A DNA stretch of 62,781 nucleotides, the filler included, from Choristocarpus tenellus KU-1152 (Eukaryota > Protista > Phaeophyceae): NCBI GenBank assembly GCA_964200185.2. It is 12 parts of 12 records of this genome, joined end to end, with 100 filler letters (N's around TTAATTAATTAA, not from the genome) between each part and the next. Parts side by side here need not be neighbours in the genome. Positions count along the whole stretch, not along the records: positions 21,427 to 32,524 come from CAXNAD020002511.1; positions 32,625 to 40,436 come from CAXNAD020005553.1; 10 more parts are not named here. One strand, given 5' to 3'. The notes under the pieces were generated by a model. The model saw only the letters and a list, made by a program, of their open reading frames with translations, was not told where the DNA came from and did not search any database. This document shows, piece after piece, positions 22,376 through 35,293 of the stretch (position 1 is the first letter of the stretch; every line of letters begins with the position of its first letter). The position numbers and the translations under genes were made by a program.

Positions 22376-25227
22376 GGTGAAACGTCCACCCATGCACTGC
22401 CATGTACAGGGAGGGAGGGATGGAGAGTAGGAAGAGTGCTGCTATATTCTCTGCATTACAGGATTTGACAATTTTCGTTTTCAGTGTGAAACTCTCCAAG
22501 AGGGTCATCATTTTGGTCCTCTTGAGTCCAAGGCCACCTTCAACCTTACGCAATATACACCATGCCCATGCCTCAAATGCAGTTAACCATCCCCTACGAG
22601 GGTGTTGTCTTACAAGAGAAGATATATTAATATCTTTGAACACACTGTGGTGCTCAGAACATATGTATTGTAAGACAGTTACAGGGCACCTTAAGAACTC
22701 AACGACATCCCCCTCTAAAATTGTATCACTCATTCATAAGCAACTACTAATATTGTATCTCGCTAGGAAAAGAGAATCACCCCCCCAAAAAAAAACTAAA
22801 AAAAGACTATATATATATATATATGCAATTATAGGATGGAACAAAAAAAAACAATCAAAACAATAGCATGGCCATCTTCCATTGCAGCATTGATTAACCC
22901 AACACACACACAGTAGAGGGAAATGCATGCACATGGGAACCACCCCAAATTACCACACCATGGAGACAACCCAAGAAAAAACAAACCCACACACACACAC
23001 ACAAAGACACTAACACATGAAATCCCACACCATGACCCTAATCCTCACAAACCCTCACCCTCATCCGAAGGTAGGCCATAGCATTCACTGCAGCATTCTT
23101 TGCTTTAGTATTGACAACAGAAGTGCGCCATGCCCGCTGGATGCGCTGTACCGCCCTCAGCGCTCTGAAACATACAGAAAACAAGATTTCAATCATTATC
23201 AACGGCAGGAAACTGCAGAACATGGCCAGATCAAGGCATGGAAACATAGGAGGTGCCCAATTACAAGGGGTGGACATGAGAACCACTCCAGGGGGAAAAG
23301 AGAGACTTGAGAAGGTCATTCTACCTATTCACTCCCTCAATGCATACACAAGTGCCTGCGGACGGCCCAACCATCACATGATATTACAGCCCCCAGCGCT
23401 TCACACAATGTCACTGCATATCTGCTCATCACCATATGTGGGTAACTCTCCCACACAACACTCGGGGGCACAATAATGCTAAGAAGTAAAGAATACTGTA
23501 ACAAAATCAGCACGTAAAGCTGTACCTCCCAAGTAAAGTCATGATCCAATCAAAAAGCTCGACTCCACGCCAGTCCTGTTCCCTTCTCACCTCTCTTCCG
23601 CCCTCTTCCTCAACCTGGCTTTCACCTGTGCCATCACTCTCCTCTTGTGGCATCTCCTCCTGATTGCCTGATATCAAAAACAGGGTGACATGTGACGAGA
23701 GGGAGGGGGGGGCGAGAAAGAGGGGAATAGTCCAGCTAACTGGTGAACAGACAAACAAAAAAAACAAGCCTGCAACATCAACAGGAGATCTGAGGGGAAA
23801 GGGGATGTAAAGGGGATTAATTTGGAGTGCAGGATGGTACGCCAGAGAAATAGTCTTGCCTGAAGATTCCGTGCTGCTGCATCTCTCTCAAAGCTGCTGC
23901 GCTCCACCTCCAGCAATTGGTGAGACTTGCAAAAAGTCTGCTTAACACATAATGGCAGTTGAGGTGCAGTGTGGGCAGCTACAGTGGGTGGGGTACTTCA
24001 ATTGGGAGTGTGAATATGGAGATAATGGAGTGCACCCAAGCAATGGGGGTGTGGTGGGGAGAGAGGGGGTCTTGCCTACGTGAATACGGAGCGAAGGGTG
24101 TGTTACAGGCAACGGGATGGGGAATTGAGGGAGAACATCTTGCCTGCACTTTTGGTGCCTCCACTTCCCTCTCACTGCGGCTCTCCTCAACCTCCAACCA
24201 TCTGTTCTCAGACCGTTGGGGCTGGAGAACAACCGCTTCGAAAGAGAACCTGATGCACGGAAACTGCATGCCATCCCTCGTATGCACTCCCTATGAGCAT
24301 GAGCAAGTAAGTTTGTAAGTAAATTCTTGCCTGCGTCCAATGCTTGGAAAATAATTGATTATGTGCATGCACACGCGATAACATATTCTCACACATCTGT
24401 TTCTTTTTCATACGTTGGTCAAGGGCTTCCTTACTCACTTAGTGCAGAAGGCAATAACTTCCCCACCACCTTTTACAAGGAAGCAGCAGTTACTTGCCAA
24501 AATGTCAGTGTCAGGGTCAAGTGGAAATACAACCACAACAACGAAAGCGGTCGAGGGCTCAATGTGGGGTGGAGGAAAACGTCAGTGGGTGGGGGAGGCA
24601 AAAGAGTGAATCGTCAGGATACGGGGGCTAGGAAAGCAGGTGCATCCGGGTGCCCACGGCCCTCGTTGGAGCTGCAAGAGGGCCAACGCTTTCCCAGCAC
24701 GATGGAATCATACATGGTGTCGAATATTCCCACTCCCACACACTCCTCTCGCCGTTAAAAAGTATTCCTCTTGTCGTTAAATAGTAATCCCCTACCCCTA
24801 CCTCAAACGCATTGACATTTTTTGCATGGCACCTTTTGTTACCTAGAATTACAACTAGTCAGCCAAATGCTACTTGACGGACCCTCAGGAGTATCAGCTG
24901 GCCAAGCATTCACAATAGGCCTAGCTTGGGTGCAAACAGAAAGAGAGGATGAGGGGCAGGTAAGGGGAAGGGTCTAAACAATCCATTCGCACGCACTACC
25001 GAAGATTCCTTGCCTGCTTTCTTGCAGCATCGGCGCACAGGGTGGTCGCCACAGTGAAGGATTCGCGGGAGTTTATGGAGATCCACAAGGAAACATAAGC
25101 AGCCAGCGGGCAGATCCACCCCACGCACAGAGCCCAGCCGGCGCACCTCTTCAGCGGAGGGGACCTCACAAGTCAAAATCATCCTGACGATAGCCGCCTC
25201 TGCATACGGGGAGGTATACTCCCCCAA
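21484..25227 (-). CDS. Multi-exon putative protein kinase with upstream IQ-like motifs (partial; exon structure uncertain)
   Basis: Exon ~21484-21801 encodes KVLGAGSFGTVH (Gly-rich loop) and VALKTMTK (VAIK Lys) and ends at an AAG|GTGAGT donor. Exon ~23060-23165 encodes AVQRIQRAWR. That all these exons belong to one gene is inferred. Confidence 0.55.
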
Positions 25228-26864
25228 CGCCTTCTACTGTGCGGCCTGTTCGACGGAGTGAGCCAAAACATACGCCAGAGGTACAGACGAAGGGGAAGGC
25301 CGGGGGGTGGAGATTCATTGAGTCGAAAATGCAAGAGCAACCGACGGATTAGGAGTATCCGAGACCGGCGCGCAGGCACGTTTGTTGCAACATCACCGAA
25401 CAAACCCCGCCCCGCACCGACTTCATCCCAACTTAACATTGCCTGAATGTGGAAGAAGTTGGTCGGCTGGTTACACCGCCCCCGTCACTTTCAGCAGGCG
25501 GCAGGCGGCGCAAACACGGCGGATCTCCAACGTCAGGGCTACCGTACCTCCCAACAGTGGTCAGAAAATTTCCTGCTATTGCCCATGTGCAAATGCCCCA
25601 TGCTTCGTGACAAGCAATTTAATTTATAGGTACAACTGACTCTCGACTATTACCACCGACTCACCCATCCCATCCCTTCCACCTTCGACATTTATGGAAG
25701 CACGCCTCGAGGCCACCAAAAGGAAGTGACGAGTGACGAATCGGTTCGGGAGAGATGCATACAAGCCGGGACTTGGAACAAATGTTTGGGTTAGCCTACC
25801 CCGTAACCTGACATGCCGAAGCAATTGTCTTGGAGGATCAACATCTTGACCTCCCATGGAAAGACCCGACCCGACACGTCCGGACACCACACGACCGACC
25901 TTCTTACGATAGAAGAGGTATTCATTTGATTGCTATACTACCGTTCCTGTACCATGCCAGTGTGGACTACTGTTGTGAACCGAAACTCTCCTCAAACTCT
26001 GTAGGCTCCAGACGTCCCAAAAAGTAGGTTAAATAGTAGTACTCAGAATGTACTACTAGCTAAGAACTCTCTCTCTATATATATATATGGCTTACCACCT
26101 TGTGTGTTCGTGCGTTTTGACATGCTTCGACACGGTCGAATTTCGGACCCCTTCATCGGTACAATATCGATTTTCACGTCTGAAGGACCCACATACCCAT
26201 CGAACACACTACCCACTACCCTCTCAACACCAATTGCAAGATTGCCCTGCGCCTTGACAACAACGCTCGTTGAAGGGCTGAAGGGTAGGGTCCCGACAAC
26301 TGTGGACTTGTATCTTCATAGAGCATTTATTGAGCCGAAGGATGAAAGGAGATGATTTCCCCCAAACACACGAACAAAGAAGGAGGAACCAGTCAGCGAC
26401 GCTAGCACGGCCAAGCACAAGGAAACCCTCTGTCTGGCACATCGAAAGGGGGAAATACCGAGCTGCCGTGGTATCTACGGTAGGTGAGGTCGGCAGCGTT
26501 GAGTCGCCAGACTTGCAACCTACAGATCGAGTGGGGGAGGACGGAATTGAGGGCGAAATCCTCACCTTCCTTCTCTATCCAACGGGACGTATGCTCTCCG
26601 TTGCAAGACGCAAGTCTTCTCAGTCTGCCCTCTTTCAAATGTGGTTGGCTTCGATTGTAGAAGTGGTGCCCTCCTGATCACACTAAACTGAATATCTACG
26701 AAGTTGTTGTACTTGGAAGGATGTTCTTCGAGGTTGGTGTTTGAAGAATAATGGTCGATCTTGAGACTGATCAATCAGGCTGGTCGCATCGGACAGTAGT
26801 AGTCTGTGGTAAAGCCGCAACGTAGTAGTACAAACAGTGGCCAATCAGAAACGCATACGAACAC

Positions 26865-27136
26865 ATGGGGTGCGTCACTCTGAATCTACCTCTGTCTGAA
26901 TCTCCCAACACAAAATTGTTGACTCACTCCCTTTTTTTCTTAAATCTGTGTTCTCACATATGTGATAGTAAGATTGTAGTTAGATAGTACTTAGAATAGT
27001 AGATTTATTTAGTAGTGGTCGCAACAAAACTAATTAATGGGGTACGTCACTCTGAATCTACCTCTGTATTTCCCAAAACAATTTTTTTGACTGGACTCCC
27101 TTTTCTGAAATCTGTGTTCTCACATATGTGATAGTA
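26865..27136. repeat. ~100-bp direct duplication with a 172-bp period
   Basis: ATGGGGT(G/A)CGTCACTCTGAATCTACCTCTGT...TCTGTGTTCTCACATATGTGATAGTA at 26865 and 27037. Confidence 0.85.
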
Positions 27137-29473
27137 GTTAAAGTAGTAGCGATATTCTGTAGTGGCCTTAGCAAACATAATGTTGATGACAGCAACAACA
27201 GTTATTAATGTTTTTGATAATTGGATGGATGTGTTGAATAACCTATCACCATTCTACTAGGTCTACTACCACAACCACTACTATATAATAACAACTAGAA
27301 CGAACTTGATGATCAAGAAAGATGTTTGCAGCAATTAATTGGAAGACTAAGTGGAATATTTGAAAAAACGTTTATTGAACAGTCCACTTTACCTTCCTTT
27401 CTTTTTGTTCAGCATGATTGAGGGTATGGTTGGCCCAGAATATGGTTGTTTATAGCTGTCTGGCCTGAAGTACTCTGGTCTTTGATGCCTTAATATTCTT
27501 GGAACAATTCACAACTAGTCAATGGAAGCTCACTATACTACTCACAGACCCCACAGCTACAGGTCCATGCTGAGCCTGATCATAAAAATTTACCCAGGCA
27601 TTCCTTGTCCCCTCCATTTCAAAATTCACCCTCTCTACCTAGACAGCAACAGTAGCCCTACAATGTTTCTCTTGCGGCTGCTGAAACTTATCCTACTCTT
27701 TTCTTCCCGGCATTACATTGAATTATGATAATACACTAGAGGCAACAACAATTTTTTTACACTCTCAGACTCAGCGTTCAGTGGGAATGACGATGATGGA
27801 GTGACCATCTGAAGTCGCACTTTTTTTTTGATGATGTGGTCATTTTTTACTCATGGCAAACAAATGACACAATGTGATGGACATAGAAATGAAAAAATCG
27901 GTCAAGGATGAGGGAGTAGGAATCATCACCAGATGATAGCCAAATAGGACTGCACAATGTGAGGGGGCTCTAATGAGGCAACTCAATTGTTACACAAGGC
28001 TATGATTAGGTACAGAGACCATAGAATGTAGAAAAAGTGAAGGGTCTGCACGGCATAAATGTTTTTCATTTCTTTTAACAATGGACACACGAATTTGTTG
28101 ATTATCTTCTAGATGAGTCACACAATTTGTAACAGTACCAATAAAACATCAAAGTAAAGCTTAGATTGTTGTCTTGGAAATCCAGCACTAAAAATAACCA
28201 CAATTCAAATGTCAACTTATTGTTGATATGAATAGGCAAAATTTTGGAATCCGACGAAAGTGAAACAGTGTGAAGAAACTCTTATCACCTCCAAAATAGC
28301 TAAATCAGAAGCCCACAAGTCAAGTAATCTTATATTATGCTTGAATTCTCAAGACAAAAATTAGATAAGGAAATTAGTGTTTTAAAGAGATCATGCTGAT
28401 CACCACATCATGTGTAACATGCTCTCGTGGATATGATCTTATTTCTTGATTTCAATGTTGAATGCCAAAAATACGAAGCATTCCTATTTTATTCTGCTTC
28501 ATTATGATCTAGGATCTCCAAGTTTTTTCCAAACAATGTTCTTTGTACAAGGCAAATGTATCTACTGTACAGCGCCATAGGGAGCAACATATTAAAGAGT
28601 TACTAGGTTAGCCACCTTTCAGTGCTTATCATGTGAACATAATTTGTTATCGTCATTCATGCACTTGGCTTCGTCATGAAGTCCTTTCCATTAGTGCCGC
28701 TTTTGACACCACACTGAATACATTATCTCCTTCCTCAGTCAAGTCACTCTTTCTTCCGGCTTGTTCGAGCCTTACTTCACTTCAGGTGATGAAAAGATGC
28801 ATCCATTCACTCTACCCTAGGATGCCCTAATGTCTGCTTCCGCTTCACCACCATGTCCATCATTGGGTTAAGGGGGGCAAACCCTTTCCCACATAATCAG
28901 CTGGGTTTTACCTCCCAACAGATTCTCTTTTCTGTAGTGTAACTAACCAGTCCCTTCACAATGCAGAATAGATTGGAAATTACACACACATTTTTCTTCA
29001 ATTGAAAACAGCAATCTCATACCTATCCAGTGTTTGAAACCACTATGCAGCACCAACCTTCCAGGCAACACTGGGAATCTGGTTATACAGCTCTATGTAA
29101 CCTACTTCACCTCATACTTCACCCTGCTGGAAAGAAATGCACAGTCATGCTGAGTCCTTTTCTCAGCAGAAAAAACACTATCAAGAAATGGGTAAACTGC
29201 TCAAACAAACCTGTCCCAAATCACTAATACAAAGTTCAGGTCAGCAAGCCTCTGGCTTTGATATTGCCTACCCTCAATCGTCTGATCTAACCTCCAAATG
29301 TGCTACAAACATCACATTTGACGTGAACGAGGATGAGCCCGTGGTATGTTCCAACAAACATCAAACAACAGAGCATGGAGAGAGAACACAAAATTCCTGG
29401 TAGAGGTAGGTGTAGGTGTAGGGATATAGGGTGAAAGGGTGGGAGGAGAGAAGGGTGCAAATCCTCCTTACGT

Positions 29474-32104
29474 TCAGGCATCTAATGATCGCTCGGAGCG
29501 GATGGTGGCAATCATGTTGAACAGGCGTTCTTTACGCTGCAGACGCTCCATGAATTCCGTAAACTTGCGGCTCACCTGCTGATGGTACCATCAACAGTCA
29601 CACAGTGGTCCCATTGGTACCACACAGGAATAGTAAGAATGGGAGTAGGTGGCACAGGCAAGGTTTGTCACACATGAGGCAAAGCACTGCTGTGCAGCTC
29701 ATGAAGTGTATCTTACCTACCAAGACCCAGTACTGGGTGACTCTGCAAGGCGCAACTATCTACAGGAGGAAAAGGTTTAACTTGACTATTAAAGGATGTA
29801 AGTCAAACAACTTCACACACCAAAGTGCTTGTAAGAACACCTTCCCAGAGAACTAAAGGGGTGAGTATCATTACCCAATGTAGCAAGTTGGCTAGTTCAT
29901 CATGCCCCCCACAATATACTTGGAAATGAGTCTATGTATTTTTCTGATACAAAACAAAGCACACACACAAAATACACACCTCCACATCACTAATCCTGGA
30001 GATGGCCACCACACACCGCAGTGCACTACGGGTGAGATCATTGGCACGTTCCACTTCTGTTCCCACCTGTTCTGCCTTGACCTGTTCCATACCAGCAAAG
30101 GGATGAGGGAGGGGGGGAGGGGGGGGGGCATGATGATAAGGAGAATATACTTACATTTAGGGGGAGCTTAACAGCCTCGAAGTTATCTTCATTTCCCAAG
30201 AATACATGCAAAGTAGGATGCATCAATGGAGCTCGCACCACCTCAAATACCATCAGCGCTCACAAATAATTGCAGCTCAAAGCAATTTTAACTCGGGTTC
30301 CATCTACACTGAAAAAAAATCTTCTGCACAAGATAAGTCCTTCTATCCTTTCAGTACAGATACGAAACTTAGATCTGCTTACATTCTCAGTAAGAACTTG
30401 TATCCCATGGCCTCACCTATTGCTCCCCTTTCAAACACTGCTAAAATTTCCAAGTGTCAATCGACTTGTGCTGTAGGTACACACACTAGGCCATAGTAAC
30501 AATTGAGCCTCCAAACATAATACGTAACGAGATGAAGACAAACTAATACTTAAGACTCCCTCTACACACACACTCTCTCTCTATCCAAAGTTCATCTCCA
30601 TATTTCTTGCCTGCTTGTTGCACGTCTTCTCTAGAGGCTCAATGAGCATGTCCACCATTCCCAGAACCCCCTCTGGTGAGAACTCACTGACCTTTGCCAC
30701 AATCTGGTGACACAACATCTGCACATCTGGTTTAGAGTCTGCAAGACCCTGGATAGGCAAAAGTTTACTTGCACATGTCAGTGAAAGACCAAACATAATA
30801 CGCAGGGTTTGGTGAGGAAGGAGGGGGAAGATGTGATGTTTGTAGTGTGTTGACCAATTGGTAATAAAACTATACATCAACACAAACAGAACATACTCAA
30901 GGCACATGCAAATATGCAAACCTGTGCTAGATAGGGCATTAGTGTGCCAACTTCAATCTTCTGTGGAATGGTGTCTAGGATAGTGTCTATGCAAGACAGG
31001 GCTGCCTTTCTCAAAGGCTCCCCATCATCCACCTGAAACATGTACAATGAGAACACACAGATGGCAATAATAAAATAAGAGTTAGAGCAAACATAAAGGC
31101 TTGTAAGAGGTAGGAAAAACAGAAGCAGTGACACTCTTGGAAAGCAACACAAACAATCAAAAGACCCCAAGAAGTACCCACACTCCTTCTCAAATAAATC
31201 TAACACAGAAAAGAGCAGTCAAGAGTACTTTGGTGTAATTCTTGATGTTCTTGTAGATGTCAACAGAAACGGGGGCAGGAGGACCAAGGTGAGACAAGCG
31301 GGAGCTGGAAGAATTTTACTGAACCAACACCACCTTGTGCTTGAATGGTCCCAGGTCAACCATCCTCTCCAGCTTAAGCTGCAACGTCTTGTACAGATGG
31401 GGGATAATGTTTGTTGGGAGAAGATCTGACACGAGCATCGGCTGAAACAACAGAGGTGGGTAGGTCGTACGAGTACACAGGATGGGGACACCAGAGGGTG
31501 GGTGGGGGGATGGGGCTTGGTGTTGAAAAACTGCTGTTGGTTAGGGCTTGAGTGTATTTCGAGCGCCTCAGGCAATCTTGAAAATGAGAACACAGATCCT
31601 ATTGCCATGAGTGTTGCAAACACTGATAAGATTACTTTTGATTTGTATTAATTAAAACCTTTCCCACCTAGTGTTCAAAGCCACCAGAATGGTACACCAA
31701 TCAACACATCAATGATCTTCATTGTTGATATATCTTGAAATCGGGCATTATTCTTGTTGCAACACACCTTCAAACCCCATGCGGAAAAGGATGGATCCAT
31801 GCACCCCCCCCCCTGAAAAACTACATTACTACAATACTCCTTTCCTTACACGCATACATTATTGTACCATATTCAGTACCACAAGCAAAAACTGGGAAAA
31901 ATCTCCTTCCCTCTCCCCTACCACCCCCAAACAACACTCTTGACCTGGTGGTGGATGGCAGCGTTGATCATGAGGAGTGCAGCTTTCTTCACATCAAGGT
32001 CCTCATTGGACATCATTTCCAAGAATGTTGGCATGTGAGGGGACAGCTCCGCCACAGGTGCGTTGCCTGCCATGCAGTACTTGAGAGATGCTGCAATGGT
32101 CCAC
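29474..32104 (-). CDS. CAND1: Cullin-associated NEDD8-dissociated protein 1, last six exons: 31945-32104, 31334-31441, 30922-31032, 30611-30748, 29980-30081, 29474-29575
   Basis: The spliced product reads DLDVKKAALLMINAAIHHQ|PMLVSDLL..VDLGPFKHK|VDDGEPLRKAA..|GLADSKPDVQMLCH..|..VERANDLTRSALR..|..stop, the characteristic CAND1/TIP120 C-terminus. All junctions are in frame. Confidence 0.93.
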
Positions 32105-32624
32105 CTTGGGAAGGTAGGTAGTAAACACATACCACAAGCAAAGAGAAAGCAAAAGTCCAAAAAAAAATCACATACAGAAGGGGGGTGGGGGGATATGCAA
32201 ATTTGAGTCACTTGCCCGCATGATCTGTGTATCCACGTATCGAACTATTTCACATACAAGGGTGTTTCATGGAAACAAGAGTGTGTGGGGGTGAAGGGAA
32301 TATACCAAGAGTTGACGGATTAACTTAAATGAATAGTACATAGGGTACATAGCTTGGTTAGAGGACTCGTATAGGGTCAGGAAAAAAGACATCTTGAGAA
32401 GATTGACTTTAGATGGGGAAAGGGTTGACCAAGGTTAAGCAATACCATCCTGCAAAATTAAGGTAGGCCATAATTGGAGGTATTCGGAGGGGGGGGTTAG
32501 GGAGGGAGGAGCAGGAATACTCACNNNNNNNNNNNNNNNNNNNNNNNNNNNNNNNNNNNNNNNNNNNNTTAATTAATTAANNNNNNNNNNNNNNNNNNNN
32601 NNNNNNNNNNNNNNNNNNNNNNNN

Positions 32625-32852
32625 GTGCATTGTACACTATTGTGCACATACAGCGATGTAGCAGGGTGCATTGTACACTATTGTGCACATACAGCGATGT
32701 AGCGGGGTGCATTGTACACTATTGTGCACATACAGCGATGTAGCGGGGTGCATTGTACACTATTGTGCACATACAGCGATGTAGCAGGGTGCATTGTACA
32801 CTATTGTGCACATACAGCGATGTAGCGGGGTGCATTGTACACTATTGTGCAA
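32625..32852. repeat. 41-bp tandem repeat, ~5.5 near-identical copies, running into the contig edge
   Basis: GTGCATTGTACACTATTGTGCACATACAGCGATGTAGC(A/G)GG at 32625, 32666, 32707, 32748, 32789 and 32830. Confidence 0.95.
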
Positions 32853-33074
32853 GAAATAAGGTGTGGAATGCAAAAGGGTCCAAACCTGCTTCCCTCTCGA
32901 TTGCTTTGACTCACGTTATATCTGCACTTGCTTGTGAGTGTGTGAGGAGGTGCAGCAGTACTCGTCACACCTTGTGTGCTTCTTTTGTAATCTGAAGTGA
33001 AAAGAGGAATTGGGACACTGCCTAGAACCCTAACCCTACTAGCTGGAGAAGTCGACACATCTCATAGGAGTGAA

Positions 33075-33338
33075 GAGTGAAAGTATCTTATAGAGGGTAC
33101 GAGTTTTTCCCTGTTTTGTCCATTTGGGGCTTGGCTTCCCACGGGTTTTTAATGACATTTTACCTACTCCAAAATGTTTCGGAGTAGGGTAAAATGTATA
33201 CATTATGAAAAAAGTGTGTCCGGAACAAGGATATTGACACTTCCTAACAAACAAGATAGGCAGAATTACATCAAAATTGCAACATTGGAGTTTGGCCCCC
33301 AAATGGACACAGCTCTACCCCCAAAGATACTTTGAATC
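33075..33338 (+). mobile_element. MITE family A, full copy with 4-bp TSD TGAA
   Basis: GAGTGAAAGTATCTT...AAAGATACTTTGAATC, flanked by tgaa. Confidence 0.9.
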
Positions 33339-33616
33339 TGAAGTATTTAGAAATTCTCGAGAATGTTCTCAGCCCCCATTATGTGTGACTTCTCAGCATG
33401 GAGGATAACATTCTAATTTTGGGGGGGGGATATCCTCTCCAAAAGGTCACACTTCGTGACATCACGCCATTCAATCAGTGCAACTAAACAAAACCAAATC
33501 AGAGCCACAAGCAGAGGTTTCTTGGAATGTCCAAGGTCCAGTTCATTCTCTCATTCCGCCTTTCACCCCACCGTGTTAAATGAAAAAGAACCACACTCAA
33601 GGCGCAGCGGGGGATA

Positions 33617-35293
33617 ATGGGTCGCTCAACGCGAAATGCCCTTGACTGTCGAATCGAAGCACTGGTGGGCCCTACAGTTTACATCCAGCAACACAGCCGG
33701 GTCTTCTTGGCCCGACTTGCCGTAGCCAAGAGGAGAGAGGCAGTACTCCTTATGCAAGCATCATTTCGTGGGTGCATTTCGCGACGCTTCATCGCCTTAG
33801 CCTTGGACAATGGCGATGCCTCACAAGAGGTAATGGTATACAATGTGGAAGAAAATGGGAGCCTGGGGAGGGTGGGGCCCAGGGCTGCAATTGGTGCAGT
33901 TGGTGGCAGGCGCCTGGCTCTGGGAGCAGTAGTTCGTCGGAGCTCTCCAATGGACGTGGAGTCTTCAATGGGCTTCCAGCCCTCAAATCTAGCAGCTTTC
34001 CTCTGGACTTCCCCCAGCGAGCAAGGGGTGATAGGAGTGACTGAAGGAGGGGCGGACAAGATAATGAATAATGCCACCACAGAGGTAGGAGGCCATCACG
34101 ACATGGGCAGAGGTGGGGAAGGTGGGGTTGGGTCATATGACAAAGTTGACGGATATGTTTCTGGGTCAGGTGCCACAGAAAAATCAGGTGAAGTCATGGA
34201 GGCTGCCACAGGTGTGCTGTTTGAGCTATCTCGGCAAGCTCTGCACCTGGGAGTATTTGGCACTTCCACCTGTGGGCAGCCTCAAGTGACTACTGGGGGG
34301 AAAGGAGATAGAGAAGAGGCTCAACACCGGAGACAATGGGTGTCTGCTTTGGTAGCACCAGAGAGGGCATTAGAGGAGGTCCTGATTTGTCAAACTCTTG
34401 TTATCTCCAGCCCATCCTTCAACAGTGCCTGTGCTCGCCGCCTTTTCTCCAGGATAGGCTGTCCTTTCCTCACTTCCAAAAGAGCGAGGAGGTCAAAGGG
34501 AAGTCCGAGGAGAGTGAACCAGGAATCTTGTGTCTCCTGTGTACCAGTTATAGCAGAGGAGGAGAACAACACCAATCAAATTAGTGCAGATCTAGGACCA
34601 TCGGATCCTAGCCTAGGGCGGGGGCTGGTTGATAGTCCTGTGCCAGGACTGTTTCAATCTCGAACTCTTGGTGATAAGATTGAACACATACTGATGTTGG
34701 GTGCTCCCGTGGGTGATGGGGGATTATCAGAGCTGTCGGATGCGCTCCGTACAGGGCGTTGTTCTCCCCTCACAAGCTTGACCCTGGAGGGCGGTAACGC
34801 ATGCCTAAGGGGGATACATTCACTGGCGTGGGTTCTATCCTCTCAGGGGGCTGCACGTCTCCGAACATTGACACTTAGTGGTTGTGGCTTGGGAGGCAAA
34901 GGGAGCAGGAAGTTGGTAAGGGGAAAAGAAAAGGCACTACTTGGAAGGGAACGACGTCATATTGCAGCCGTGACGGAGGCCTGGAATACCCTTTTCCGAC
35001 ACATGCAGCGCTGCCCTTCATTGCTACACCTGTCGCTGGTAGGATGTGGACTGGGGGATGAGGAGGCCCGCTCTCTGTCGGTGGCGATCCAGATCATCAG
35101 GCCAGGCCTATTGTCCCTGAACATAAGTGCAAACTGCATCACTTCCCATGGGTTAAGACTACTCTTGAGGGGACTGACATCTAGAAAGATCTGTCTTCCG
35201 ACAATATGGGCGCGGGAGCAAGTGCCACACTTGGGTGAAAGCAAGGCAAGGGGAGTGCTGGCGGAGGCATTTGATGCTGGTCTATTTGCTGAG
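33617..35293 (+). CDS. Large exon of an IQ-motif plus RNI-like leucine-rich-repeat protein
   Basis: 561-codon ORF with IQ-like VLLMQASFRGCISRR and LRRs LTSLTLEGG, LRTLTLSGCGLG, LLHLSLVGCGLGDEEA and LLSLNISANCITSHG. Probable donor GAG|GTGGGT at 35294. Confidence 0.75.

Noticed and set aside
32625-32852. CRISPR-like array of 41-bp units
   Set aside because: The units are contiguous, with no unique spacers.
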